64,000 nucleotides of DNA from Octopus sinensis (taxonomy: Eukaryota): assembly GCF_006345805.1 (NCBI RefSeq), contig NC_043013.1:54064001-54128000 (forward strand), given 5' to 3'. The translations under genes and the position numbers were made by a program. The notes beneath the pieces were generated by a model. That model did no database searches and had not been told where the DNA came from. It was given only the letters and a program-made list of their open reading frames with translations. This document shows, in pieces, positions 50,416 through 63,469 of the stretch (positions within the stretch are counted from its first letter, which is position 1; the number at the start of each line of letters is the position of its first letter).

Positions 50416-53400
50416 CTACAAGAAAACAACATTCCATTACAGAACGAAATGCGAAAAGAAGAAAAAATGTAAAACAAAGCTAAGATCTGAAGAAAGTGAT
50501 GTCTTAATTAATCTTTGAAACTATTTATGTCAAAGTCAATGAGTATTTGGATTAAGATAAAGTGGTATCCACAACATTAAGTATGCAATGTTCTAAGGGA
50601 ACTATAGTAATTGTACTAATAGTGGAAGTGGAACATAGGTAGAGAAACTGTAATTAGAAGCAAATATCAATTGGCACTAAAAATCTTAGTTCTGACAGAA
50701 GGAAATAAATATCAAGAGATGTCTGTAATACCTAAAATGAGGTTGGTTGTAAAATTCCAAAGCTCTAACAGGAATGAAAACCATAAAAAACAACACAAAT
50801 TTTATGAGTGTAGATGTTGATAATTCTGATGCTAAATATCCACTGGAATTCAAGAAGACAAAGAAATAACAGAATGCTTTTTAAATCCTAAGTACAAACA
50901 ATAAGAGCTTTGTCTGGAAGAAAATTCCATCCAGAACATTTTTAGTAAAAGTGAAGAATAATTGCTTAACCCTTTCAATTAGGGACATCATTACAATTAA
51001 CTTATCTATTGCATATGAGTCCGAGATTTTAGTATGTTTCTGTTGAAATATATTGTCTTTGTCATATTTTGATTTTGAAAATATTGAAGAATTTAGTAAA
51101 ATAACTTTGTGACTGTACTGGTGTTGGAAACACATCATGAAATTTTGATGAAAGTTTTAAATTTCAATCGCTTTAAATCAAGAAGCATAATATTGTTGAA
51201 CCAAAGTTGGTACCTGGTGGGTTGGTATCAAAAAGGAGAATCCTATGTCACTTCTTCTATGCAGCTAATCCTGTTAGAAACTAAAAGTTTTGATGAAATG
51301 CTGTTGGCCCAAAATAAAAGTTGTAAAAATATAGTAATTTTATGAAAAGGGACGTAACTCACTGATAATCTATAGTGATGATTGTTGGTGTACATTGTGA
51401 AAGCAATTTTCATTTCTGTTATGTTATGCCCTTTCACCTGCCAATGTAGACTGAATACATGTAAGTGTTTTCGTGCATAGCCTTCTGGCTTCCCAGTCTT
51501 CAGTCAAACTGTCTAACCCATGCCAGCATGGGAAGCAGATGTTAAACGACAATGAGGATATCAATTCCTCGACATTGAATTTCTACTTCAGAGCTGAATT
51601 TGTGCTCCAGTTGGTCTCTGTAACTTGAAAGCTACACAATTACCATCAGAAGAAAAGCATTCTGAGATACTCCGGCATCTTCTCTGTTGACGTAATGAAG
51701 GTGATGTTACCTGGTTGGCATGCATAGCTTGTGGCTCTCATTGCATATCCTGAGAGAAATTTCTTCAAGGAAAAGCTGAAGAAAATACTCAATGGTCTTT
51801 GTTTCTAAATTCAAAGGCTTTGTTGAGTCTGTACCACTAGCCAAACCACTGGTGCAATGATCAACTATGTGGTAAATTCCACTCTTGCTCAAAATCGATA
51901 GACCCCAATGGCATTTCAATTCTTGGTGTGTACAGATAATACAGGCACATATTCTAATTATTTTCAAGTCCAAGCTCTTTCTAATCAAAGCATTAATAAA
52001 TAAATAAATATATCAGAAATAATTACCTCCACTTGAGGTATTAGCTGCCATGATGTTTGAAAATAAAGAAGAAAATATCCAAAGAAATTTCCTTGATAAA
52101 ATGCAAAAATATTGACACACAAGGTGCAGGCATGGAGTTTTGCACCAGAAAGTTCTTTCTAAACTTTCCTCCCTCTACAGAAGAATGGTTAATTTCTGTT
52201 GTTTGGCTTCAAACAATGATTGTGGTTGTGTGCAGTTCATGACACTGACACTTGTTAGAAATCACTTCCAGTCATTTGGCAATCAAATAAAAATGTACTC
52301 CTGAATAAAGCCTTGTTTCAATATTAGTTCACATTAGATTTTCGGCTTGAAGTTAAAATTTATTGCAAGGAAAATAATCAAGCTTTCAAAGTTCCTTTGA
52401 TTCTTAATAAAATCCCTAGTTATCCTAACTCACTTTTTGGCTAATGTGCATATTACATTTTAAACCAAATATAATTCTGCTACTGCAGTTATGCAACAGG
52501 GAACATACAAGACCGGCTATATTTGAAATGCATTCTCACTGACAATTCATGTCACAGCTGGTTAAGATGATATTATTTTTCAAGAATTTCAGAAAAAATC
52601 TTAAACAAACAATTGAAAATATTTACAAGTCTTGGAAAGAAGTAACAGCCAAATGTAATGGAACAGTCTAGCTGAATGTTTTGCCTGAATGAGCTTATGA
52701 TTTACAATGTCTTTCAAAATTGTGAATATACTTTCAAAAGAAGTAAATGAGATCATTGGAGTAATTAATGATTTTGGAAGAGGAAATACCTTTAGGTATA
52801 AAGGTGTTGATTTAGAAAAATTTCACGAACCATTGATTTCACATTGAAATGACTTAAATGAGGATGATTTTGAAAATTAACATCAGCAGGCATTTTAAGG
52901 GTAAGAACTGAGGGAAAATGGAAAGTGAAAGGAGTTGAATTTTTTTTTCCAAAATACAAAGTTAAACAATGAATATGGTACAAAATCTGCTTGTTCATTG
53001 CAGTTTAAATTTATTTTTTATTACTTCAGTCTAAAGAAAGTGATAATGCCTAGGTACTTCAAAGGCCCTTCAAGACTAGTGAGATTGAGGTCATTCATGT
53101 GCCACTCAAACTGTTACATGTTGACGATTGCAAGACAGGCACATTCAGAGAAACTGTTAGAGAAGGTCGATGTTCTCAGAATAGACTCGACTCAATGGTT
53201 AGTGCAGAGCTAAGCATGGACACAAAAGTGATGCTAGAAGGGTGACTAATGAATTAAAAGTGAATATGGCATGGGATTAGCCAACTACAAGAAGCAGATG
53301 TCATTGTAATGGAGGCAGAGATAATTGTAAAATATGACATCAAGAGATTGGATCATGTCTGTAAGTGATTCCATACCAGGCAGTTGAGTGACCTTTCTCT

Positions 53401-54516
53401 GATTATAGTCTAGGATGTTTATCTTTGTAAAGTAGCAACACCGTCCCTGATATGGAGGCATTATTTTCATTGTTTGTTGCAATCTTTGTAGAAATATGAG
53501 GAGTCATGGTGGGAATGAAGTATTCCCTGGCTCTGGGGAGAAAAGCCATTCTCTGAGAAATGACCAAAGGACTTGTTAACACAAAATTTAGGGAGAGAAG
53601 GAAATAAAAGGGTGACTAAAACTGTTCTCTAGGTTCTTGATGAATTTTTCACTTAAAAATAAATGATATACATTCATTTTAAATTATTTTATTTCCCAAA
53701 ATTAATAATAATTATTCCCATTAATTACTAAATTTGATTAATGCAGAAACAGCAGATAGATGATTGATTAATCACATTTAAACATAGGACTGCTATATAC
53801 AGAACTGGGTGAAATATGCATAAATGTCAAGATTAAAGAAGAATTGTACTCTTAAAACTTGATATCCCAACTTCTACTCTATAGTTCAATATAACATTGA
53901 CTATGTAATGCAGCTCTGTCAACAGTAGCGTAAACAAAAATGAGATATTTAAGAGTTACCTCCTTCCTACTAATATATAAATTAAAGAGGGCTATAGGAT
54001 TTGATATGATATGAACTAGAGAATATAATTATCAGTTTCAGAAAGTGTTTTAAAATGAAAAAGTGAAATTATCTTTTGGGTATGTGGAAAGAAAGGTTTG
54101 CTCTAAAATCTCTCTGGATGGGGAAATGAAAGAGAAAAACCACTTACAAAATCTGTATCAAGCTATATTTCATTTTTTTCTTTATAAATATTTCACATGA
54201 TTAGGTTGTGAACTATATTTACAGAGTAAAGTGAAACAGAAAAAATGTGTTGTAATTGCTTAAAACATTATAATGACTGCAAATAATGAGAGGCTTTCTC
54301 ACTGACAGTAATTGGTGTAATTGTGTTGTTTGCATCTGGGACTAATACTCAAACTGAAGAGTCATCTCCAATTCTGCCAGAACAGACAGTCACTGATTCT
54401 TTTTTAATAAATAATGCCAGCAGGTCAAAACACTTAACAGTCTGTTGCTTGGTAAAGGATATTAGCACCTAAAGTTCTTTACCCTAATACCACTAATGAA
54501 ATTTAAAAGTAATCAT

Positions 54517-54536
54517 ATATATACATACATAAATAC

Positions 54537-54630
<94 letters not shown>
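54517..54630. repeat. (TA)n/(TACA)n microsatellite
   Basis: Directly visible. Confidence 0.95.
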
Positions 54631-54631
<1 letters not shown>

Positions 54632-56699
54632 AACAAATCGAAGGAAGAGGGGAAAACAGTAACATTACCTTTAGGCTCTAAGTATTGTTTCTATAATTAC
54701 AGCAACTAAACAAGATTCAGTGAAGCATATAAAAGATACAGCTAGTTACTGATAAACTAACCATGGGCTTTGGTTGGGTCAAAAACAGAGATGTATTAAG
54801 ATGTCTGCCATTGAAGCAAACCTCAGTGTCATAAAATGAATGTGCAAACAATTAGAGATTAAGCGGGCTGAGTTATAAGCACTACTGGAATGTGTATCAA
54901 AGTGTAAGTTTTAATATCTTTCAATGTTTTGAATGGCAGCCTTTCTGAAGGGAAATAACAGTTGTTGAGAAATAATGAGAGGAATAATATTTTACGAGAG
55001 CCTTGGCAACAGCTGACTGTCAGAAGGAATGACAAATAAAAGAATGATAAGGGTTTAATTTGAGACTCACTGTATCACTTACTGCTGACATCCATTAGAG
55101 ACGATCTGTAATATTCTTTGATCAAAGACTCTTTTATAGTGTATTTCATAATTCACTGAATATAAGGGAATTCTTTGATCTTTGTTCCATCAATCAGAAT
55201 GAAATGTTAGTCAAGCAATATGCAGTATTCAATGAGTTTAATTACAATAAAGTATTCAGGGACTGAAATTATTCTTTTCACTTTCAAATGTATGTCAACA
55301 TCATTTAAATCTTACTCTCAGGACACAGGAATATTGCCGATATTTATAAATAAAACTGAATTCTTTCATTCAACTCAAAGCAGTTTGCAAACTTAAGTAA
55401 TATCTTCCAATATGGTCCATATGGAAATACGTTCTGATTATATAACACCGTATCTTTAGTTCTGTGATGACAGGGGGAGGGGTATGAAGATTGCTTGGCA
55501 ACTATGTAGTTCAAGTTTCAATTTCACTACATAGAAACTCGGGTAAGTGTCTTCTATTGTAGCCACAAATAAGCACCTTGTGGGGAATACGTTCTACTGT
55601 AACTTGAGATCACTTTGAGTAAATGCTTTCTATTGTTGTCTCAGGTGTCTTCCATCATAACCTCAGATCAGTATGTTGAGTACCTTGTATTGTAGCCTCA
55701 TGTCATCTCCTTGGGCAAATGTCTTCTATTATAGCCTCAGACTAGCACCATGGGCTATAATACTAAAGAGAATTGGTGCCTGCTGGTCAGTGACATCTTT
55801 TGTTGTAGCCTTTGATTTAGCAAAACCATGTAAGTGAAATTGCAATTCTGTTGAAAAGACCATTCCTGTTCTTAGGTTTCAGACTGCTTCTATTGCTCAG
55901 TTTATAACCACCACACGGTCCTTGGTTACTTCTAGCAATGTCCACTCCACCTGTTTAAACTCTATCACCTGGTACATTGGGTATATTTGACTCCATTTTG
56001 TTGCAAGAGTTCAGACAAGATCTCTGGCCAGGGGATCACTTCCCCACACCAGGTCAGAAATTGTAAAATGGGCTGAGTGATGCTCTTCTTCTTTTGACTG
56101 GCATGGTCTCAGTCCACTTAGCTGTAAACAAGTGTCACTAAGGTGAACACTAGGATGTAAAGAGGGAATATGTATAATAAATGGGTGATAGATATTGCAA
56201 TATAAATTAAATCTTTTTTTCTTTAGGTTAGGTACTTAGAGTAGGTTTTAGAGAATTCCCTGTAAGTTATCCTGAAATCACCAAGAGTTCAACTTCTCTG
56301 CAACACTCTCATTAGTAAAATAAAGTAAAAGCAGTAAAGAATATAACAGCTGCATTTTTTTTTACTCCTGATCTAATAAAGTCTGAAGTTTATATTGAAG
56401 CCTTCTAATTTGTAAAACTATGCATTTATCAACTATGCTATTAGTTCTGTAGAATCACTGCAGAAAGAATAAAGGAAAAGAAATAATGAATTTAGTTAAG
56501 CAAACAGAAGAAAGCCTAGCCATCATTTGAGTACATGTATGAGCTGAGAGCTTGCACCATGCTTCCACTAATTCTTTTTGGTCCCTGGATAGTTGGGAGC
56601 AGACACAGACACCCAATAATCTCAAGGTGCTCCCTCACTTAACCTGTCTTGATGTTACTTCTGGTGGAAGAGAGGATTGCACTAGTACTCAACTGGCCC

Positions 56700-56825
56700 T
56701 TTTTGCATGTGTATAGACTGAAGCAACATGAAATGTTCTTTACCCAAGGACACAATGCTTTTGTCTAGGAATGGAACTCGTGACCTTAAGGTCACGAGCT
56801 CAACAACTTAACCACAAGGCCACAT
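56700..56825 (-). mobile_element. tRNA-derived SINE head (degenerate)
   Basis: Minus strand atgtggccttgtggttaagttgttgagctcgtgaccttaaggtcacgagttccattcc has A- and B-box-like motifs. Confidence 0.55.
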
Positions 56826-57619
56826 ACTTTCACAAAGAGTTTAGTATGATGTTTATAAGAAAAGATATTAAAGTATTAACTAGAAAATATGACACAAGCA
56901 AAATTTATGTTTCTTTTCAAACGACTGAACTGACACAGAAATTGTTCTTTAAATTATAGCAATATGACATCTTAATGTTTGTCCATTAATTCTACAAGTA
57001 AAACCTCTATAATTTTATAAAAAAAAAAAGAAACCAAAATAATAATTTATACTTCTTACCACCCCTCCCCATTTATTGTTTAAAGCGTACTTTTCTGTTT
57101 TGGTTGAATGTCTTCTCACCAATATAGAGTACTGCAGACTTTTCTTCTTAACAACTGAAGGTATTGATTGAAATACTGAAGAATCTTAAAGCTTGTTTTA
57201 TGATGGCTTGGTGGGAGGCCAAATATTTGACTCGGCTGGAAATAAAACACACGCACAATACGACCAACTGATCACCCATTGAAACCAATACGGATATCAG
57301 GAGAACTAAATATGGAAGTGCACAATGATTTTGGCTGAAGACCAGACCATAAACCAAAGTTCCAATTTCCAATCAGGTTCCTGTAATGTACTTTTATTTA
57401 CTGTTTGTCTAATAAAAAAGGCATCTATAAGATATAGACACTTGTAAGTCACTGTTTAAGACTGTCAATATTATAGCATTTTTCAAGGCCAGTACATCAG
57501 TATGGTTTATCCCTATAAAAATGCTAAATAATGTTGTTATAACCAGAATGTGTGTGTGTGTGTCTATAAATAATTGGAGGAAATTGTAGTTGTGATACCT
57601 GTGTGTCCATATATGTATG

Positions 57620-57960
57620 CATAGGCCTGGCTTTGGGGTTAAAAAGCTTGCTTCCCAACCATGTGCTCATAGGTTCAGTTTCACTGTGTGGCAGCACCTT
57701 TGGCAAGTGCCTTGTATTGTATCCCATGACTGACCGAATCCTTGTAAACGGATCTGGTAGATAGAAACTGTAAGAAGCTCTTTTCATATGTGTGCATGTA
57801 AGCATATATATAGTGTTTGTATGTGTGTAACCTTGTCTTGACACCATTGCTATAAGGGAGCATTGCTGTCAAACAAGAAATGTTGTTCATTTCTTGTCTT
57901 CTAACCACAACAAATCCTATCTGACCCCTGCAAGTATGAAAAAGGTAAACATAAATTATG
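57620..57960 (+). mobile_element. Degenerate SINE family B with RTE-like tail
   Basis: ggttaaaaagcttgcttcccaaccatgtgctcataggttcagtttcactgtgtggcagcacctttggcaagtg. Confidence 0.6.
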
Positions 57961-59084
57961 CTGATGATATATTCTAACTGTCAGTTAAGCGACTGATCTT
58001 TTAAATTCTTTAGAAATTCGTTCAAAATATAAATGAAGCCACAATGGCACCATATCTCTGTCCCTGATTCCCATAGATAATAAACTATGGAGTAAAATCC
58101 CCATAAAGACTAGCTACAGCATCATACTTTATATATACACTCAGCTATTGCTAGCATTTGTAGTGGTTTTATTATCCTATAACAAGGGGATCCTTGGATA
58201 AATGGAAAACTGTTTTGAACTAGATGTAACTGGCATGCTAAAACTAACAAAAGACGAGATCTACATAGCTATGGAAAGTGAACTGGCACAATTTCATTGG
58301 CTTTTCTAATAATAGTATAACAAAGCAGTTCAGAAGCCTGCAGGAAGAAAAAAATTAACATCACAAACGAAATAATCTGTAATTGATGACAGTTCCAAGG
58401 ATTTAAAGATGCAACATTTTCTGGATGAAACATAATATTCCATTATAATATTATGAGTTATTAAAGATATACCAAGGACTAGATGTATCAGCATGGCTGA
58501 TATCATATCATATATAAATTTTGTTGATAGAGAATATAACATTGAAAGTAATTTAAATCACATACATAAGAAATACAAAGCAAATTTTGCCCAATAATAT
58601 TTATTAGCAGAACCAAGGAATTTCCATGGTTATTTTGATAACTAAATATTGGAAGTTTATATAGAATCATAAAATAGGTGATATCTTTTGAAGTAGTTTT
58701 TCCTCTTCTCTTTTGGAATCTTTGATTTCTGATATATTGTAAAATCCACATGAGGAGTACTGAAGGTAAAGAATTAAAAGTGAATCCATTTGAAAGCTAT
58801 TTCTTTTGTTATACCATTTTACTTTAAGGGTTGTTATTTATGATTTTACTTTTAAGGCAAGATGTGAACAGTTTTGATTATGGAATAAAATTGAAGACAT
58901 AATCTATTCTCTGCTGTAGTACAATTGTGTTTTGCAATGCTTTCACAAATCTTAATACACTGTACTATGTCAGATATTTTCATATCAGAGAAAAGAACAT
59001 GTGGGTTGATTTGAACCTATAGTTATTATGAACAAAGTAATGCAGTTGTCCTGCTGAGTTATGACTTACAAAAAAAAAAACAGA

Positions 59085-59252
59085 AATCACTAACATGCAT
59101 GCATGACAGGTGTCTTCCAGTTTCCGTTTAGTAAATTCACACATATAACTTTGGTTGACTGATAGTAGAAGACACTTGCCCAAGGTGCTACGAAGTGGGA
59201 CTGAACTTGGAACAATGAAGTTAGGAAGCAACTTCTTACCACACAGCCATGT
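59085..59252 (-). mobile_element. SINE family B, 5' half
   Basis: gtagaagacacttgcccaaggtgctacgaagtgggactgaacttgg...cttaccacacagccatg. Confidence 0.75.
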
Positions 59253-59256
59253 CTGA

Positions 59257-59657
59257 TCTCATATATATATATATATATAAAGCTGAAGTTGTCTGTGTAT
59301 GGCAGGTTTGGTAGCCTTCAACTAACACTATCTCCTCCAAGACCCTGCGGTGCAATTTGACCAAAATTGTGAGTATGATAGAAGAAGGCTTGCTCTTTAT
59401 TCCATAAAAGACAAAATTCAAATTCGACCATGTTAACACCAAAAATTATTTACATCAAAAACGTGCTTTTTTTCTATGAAAATCCCTATTTTTTACGATT
59501 TTTTGACTGCTGTGTCGCCATTTTGTGGTGTATTTCAATCAGAAAAATGTTCACTTAAAGAGAATAACAAGCTACATAATGCGAAAGTTTTACTTTTCAA
59601 AAATTCCAATTCTAAAGGGTCGACACAAACCCGAGCAACGCCGGGCGATACTGCTAG
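59257..59657 (+). mobile_element. Non-autonomous Helitron, same family as 15391-15780
   Basis: A|TCTC start with expanded (AT)n. Body collinear with 15391-15780. Hairpin cccgagcaacgccggg, CTAG end. Confidence 0.85.
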
Positions 59658-59744
59658 CAATATATATATATCTGTGTGTGCTGGTGGCTCATAAATTTGT
59701 GTGTTTGGCCTCATGGAGGCAGTGACAGGTGACCAAGACTCTTG

Positions 59745-60015
59745 CCAACGTAGCACACTTGTGTTGACCTGTCAAGCCAAGTGAGACTATGGTCGTGACG
59801 AATGCCAGTGTCAGGTCAATTGTACCTGTGACAGCAGCATGTAAAAAGCACCCATTATACTCTCAGGGTGATTGGTATTAGGAAGGGCATCCAGCCGTAG
59901 AAACCTTGCCAAATCAGATTGGAACCTGGTGTAGACTCCAGCTTGCCTGTTTTTCATCAAATTGTCCAATCCATGCCAGCATGGAAAGCAGTTGATAAAT
60001 GAAGATGATCATGAT
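59745..60015 (+). mobile_element. RTE-LINE 3' UTR fragment
   Basis: ttaggaagggcatccagccgtagaaaccttgccaaatcagattgg...ccatgccagcatggaaagc. Confidence 0.75.
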
Positions 60016-60169
60016 AACGATATTTATATATCACACTTCATTTGAAATATTTCTTTACCATTCAGCCATCTTATAAATTATATAAACAATATAAATGTTG
60101 TATTTATAATCAGTCATCTTTCATTTTATTCCATTGTTAAAACACTCCATTCTTGAAGTTTAACAGATA

Positions 60170-60620
60170 TATATTATTTACATTTGATGGATATTTGTCC
60201 TCATCTTGTTTGATGAGGGGAAATTTCTTGGGGAAATTTTGAACTAAGGTATTTTTCAATGATTTTATTGTTGTTGTTGTTATTATTATTATTATTACTA
60301 TTATTATCATTAAGGTCACTGCCTGGAATTGAACTTGGAATCTTGGGGTTAATAGCCTGTGCTCTTAACCACTACACCATATGCCTGTAGTGTAGGGATT
60401 AAGAGTGTGGGCTACTAACTTAACGATTCAGAGTTCGATTCTAGGCAGTGATCTGAATAATAATAATAACATTGAAAAATACCTTAAGAATGAGAACCCA
60501 GATTCGAAATTTCCCCAAGACACCTGAAGAAGGCTGGAGGGTATACCAGCCGAAACATTGTGTTAACAACAAAGAAAATGAGGAGAAAAATTACCCGCAT
60601 ATTTAAAGCAAAATGAAGCT
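60170..60620. mobile_element. Head-to-head inverted pair of a tRNA-headed SINE-like element with Penelope-like tail
   Basis: The minus arm (60384 to ~60170) and plus arm (~60387-60600) share a tRNA-like head, an (AAT)n tract, cattgaaaaatacctta, aatttccccaaga and aaa(c/g)aa(g/a)atgagga. Confidence 0.7.
60519..60564 (+). ncRNA. Degenerate hammerhead-ribozyme-like motif
   Basis: gacac-CTGAAGA(60524-60530)-A-GGCTGG-agggtata-CCAGCC-GAAAC(60552-60556)-att-gtgtt. Perfect 6-bp stem II and CAC/GTG stem I, but stem III reads ACAT rather than palindromic ACGT. Confidence 0.5.
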
Positions 60621-60679
60621 CAAGTTTTGTACTGCACTGAAAATCTATTAAGAAGTTAAGACTGCAACTGTATTCATTA

Positions 60680-60938
60680 CGAAAAATGGTGAAACAGCAG
60701 CCAAAAATCGTAAAAAAAAAATAGGGATTTTCATAGAAAAAGAGCACCTTTTTAATGTACATAATTTTTGGTCTTAACATGGTCTGATCTGAATTTTTTT
60801 CTTCTACGGAAGGAAGAGCAAGCCTTTTTCTATCATACTCTCAATTTTGGTCAACTTGCGTCGCAGAGTCTCGGAGGAGATAGTGTTAGTTGAAGGCTGC
60901 CAAACCTGCACCCCACCTCACAACTTCTGCTTTATAGA
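60680..60938 (-). mobile_element. 3'-truncated copy of the same non-autonomous Helitron family
   Basis: Reverse complement matches the first ~260 bp of 15391-15780 (tataaagc.gaagttg..ggcaggtttgg.agccttcaactaacact...atgaaaatccctatttttt.tacgattttt). Confidence 0.75.
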
Positions 60939-60939
60939 A

Positions 60940-61280
60940 ATGTATGTATATGTGTCTATATATACATATATATATATGTATGTATATGTGTCTATATATT
61001 ATATATATATATATGTATGTATATGTGTCTATATATTATATATATATATGTATGTATATGTGTCTATATATTATATATATATATATATATATATGTATAT
61101 GTGTCTATATATATTATATATATATATGTATGTATATGTGTGTATATATATATATATGTGTGTGTGTATATATATATATATATGTGTGTGTATATATATA
61201 TATGTGTGTGTGCGTGTGTCTATATATATGTATGTATGTATGTATATGTGTCTATATGTATGTGTGTGTGCACACACACA
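60940..61280. repeat. Compound (TA)n/(TG)n microsatellite with a higher-order tatgtgtctatatatt unit
   Basis: Directly visible. Confidence 0.95.
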
Positions 61281-61704
61281 TCTGTGCATTAGTGTGCCTG
61301 TTTATATTTATTTACATGAAATTACTTGATGGTCAGGGCTCCTTCCTTTACATGTCTGTAAATTAATGGTTCAACATCACAGAGGCTGATCGAATAAATA
61401 CCAGGCTTTAAAAATGATAAAAAATGAAAACCGGGGTTGATTTGTTTGACTAAACTTTCCAAGGTGTTGCACAGACAGAACAGCAATCCGGTGTAACAAT
61501 ATTATCTGGTTTGATGTGGAGGAGCTGGAAAAGAAGAGCCTGTCATGATACATAGGTAATGGAGGATGAAAGTTTCTACATTAGTATGTTTTGGTAGTTG
61601 CAAGGAGTAAGTAATTGAATAGATCCCAGCTGATGCCAGTGTATAACTGGTACTTCCTTAATGTGGATGTAAACAGAAATATTAAAGTTAATTAACAAAC
61701 TTAC

Positions 61705-61914
61705 TTCTTCCTCGTAATCCTTGTCCACAATAAGGCACTCGTGGCGGCAACACACAGGCACTCCACGGAGTGACCTCCCAAAGATACTCATCACACCATG
61801 GTAAATCAGTGCAATGTTTCGTATCCACCAGCTTCATTGGACATGGTTTTCCTCCTTCGTCCGCTGGTTGTAGGATATATTTCTTCCGAGACTGAGTTGG
61901 AGTTGCTTGTCTTG
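61705..61914 (-). CDS. THSD7A: THSD7A/B-like internal coding exon (RQATPTQSRKKYILQPADEGGKPCPMKLVDTKHCTDLPWCDEYLWEVTPWSACVLPPRVPYCGQGLRGR); not in the ORF track in this frame
   Basis: Acceptor tttgttcttcAG at 61916-61915, donor GTAAGT at 61704-61699; 210 nt, phase 1/1. Translated by hand; GGxPCP and CGxGxRxR TSP1 motifs. Confidence 0.92.
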
Positions 61915-63469
61915 CTGAAGAACAAATAGTTAAATAAATGGAAACTGAGACATGAAACCTTTAAAATTTTGTAAGAATATTAATATCTTTCAAATAAAAC
62001 AATTTACAAGCAACATTCACTTACACTTGAGATGTAAATAAATTGTAAATAATATAGTTATTTTTTATGAACAAAATATGTCTTGTAATTATATTAAGGA
62101 AAGAAACAGAAAATAGCCTTCTCATCATGTGTGTGTGCATGTGTGTGTGTTTGTGCATGTGTCTATGTACATCGAAAATGTATTAAGAGAGGAAAAATCC
62201 CTTTAACTATAATAGTGGGTTGTCATAAGAAATGTAATATGTGAGAGTAAAACTTTAGATTTAAGAATAATCCCATGCTAAAGTGAGGAATAACTAGCTT
62301 GTGAACGATGAAGGAAAATAATCAATCAAAAGCTGCACTAAAAAGGGAAAAGAAAACAATATAAAGTATTTTATGAGACAGAAATCTCTCATAAAATAGG
62401 CGTCGTTCATGGCTCCTGCAAATAAGCATAAAGGAAAGTGACTTAAAGTGACTTTGCACCACATGGATGTGAAATAGATTACAAATTCAAACAAGATGTA
62501 ATCTTTGTGTGAAATAATTCTAGGAAAGCAATAAATATATTTTGAATTTGTAAAAACAAATGCAAAAATGACGATTTCTAAACAGGAAGTTTTATTTACA
62601 TTTTTTTTTTTTTTGCTTTGATTTCAATCTGAAGCAAAACTCTTCCGCTTACATTTTGCCTTTACATAAAATAATATCCAAGCGTATTTATATATTTACT
62701 TGGCACTATGATATGAAACAACGAAAAGAAACCAAACAGAAAAATATCAGATAAGTATGCTATTTAAAAGTAAACGAATGGCTTCAAGTTTTCTTAGGTA
62801 GAATAATGTGTCAGTAAAAAATAAATAATGTTCTACTTTAGATATCAAAGACTTAGAGAATAAAAAACAAAAAAATGTACCAGTTTTTGAGACTGGTTAC
62901 TAAAAGCAAACCAAAAAAGAACATCAAAATAGTCCTTAAGATGCTAGTTGTCAAAATCGGTGAGCGTCAAGATTTGCCATTAAACAGTATTTCTCTTCCA
63001 AAATGTAAAACTATTTAGAAAACCTGCTGCATTGTATGGCGTATATCATGGTGCAATCAGCTATTTTTCATATGTTACAGACACATAAACACACCCTCTC
63101 TTTCTCTTACACACTCATGTGTCTGTACAAATATAGATATAAATTGTATATATGCAATTGTATATAAATACAGAAATAGGGTAATGGCTTTACGTGAAGT
63201 TACATTAGGTATGTTAAATTACAGTTAGTTGTCCTGTTAAAACAGACATAGTTTACTATCCCACTAAAGTTGATACTAAATGAATACCATTATTATAAAT
63301 CAATATGATTACCAAAGAGGGAAAGTGGTCATAAGATCAGTCAACATCTATACCTTCATACTAAAACCACTCTCTCTCTCTCAAATGCAAAACTTATTTA
63401 TAAATTAACATTGATTGCTTTAATCAATCATCTATTATTAATTTCAGGGAACAATTCTGGTTAAGTCTA

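Larger units (their letters stand above)
79..61914 (-). other. THSD7A: Partial multi-exon gene span, thrombospondin type-1 domain-containing protein 7A/7B-like (continues beyond both window edges)
   Basis: Six exons with canonical AG/GT sites join in frame (intron phases 1,1,1,0,2 in transcript order). They give ~400 aa of alternating TSP1 repeats: ...CGQGLRGRNVTC...CFLTEWTKFGPC...SKSKYNSECKNRERYP...CPVDCLMSQWSSWSTCNASCGYGFRER...GGRPCPKL...CGRGIQTRRVMC...CIRECVVSEWSEWTKC. The motif order is collinear with the vertebrate THSD7A/B mid-region as I recall it. Invertebrate co-orthologue; A versus B cannot be resolved. Confidence 0.88.

Noticed and set aside
57130-57390. Non-repetitive-looking segment with a hydrophobic 74-aa minus ORF
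   Set aside because: No recognisable domain and no coherent splice-site pair in phase with the host gene.
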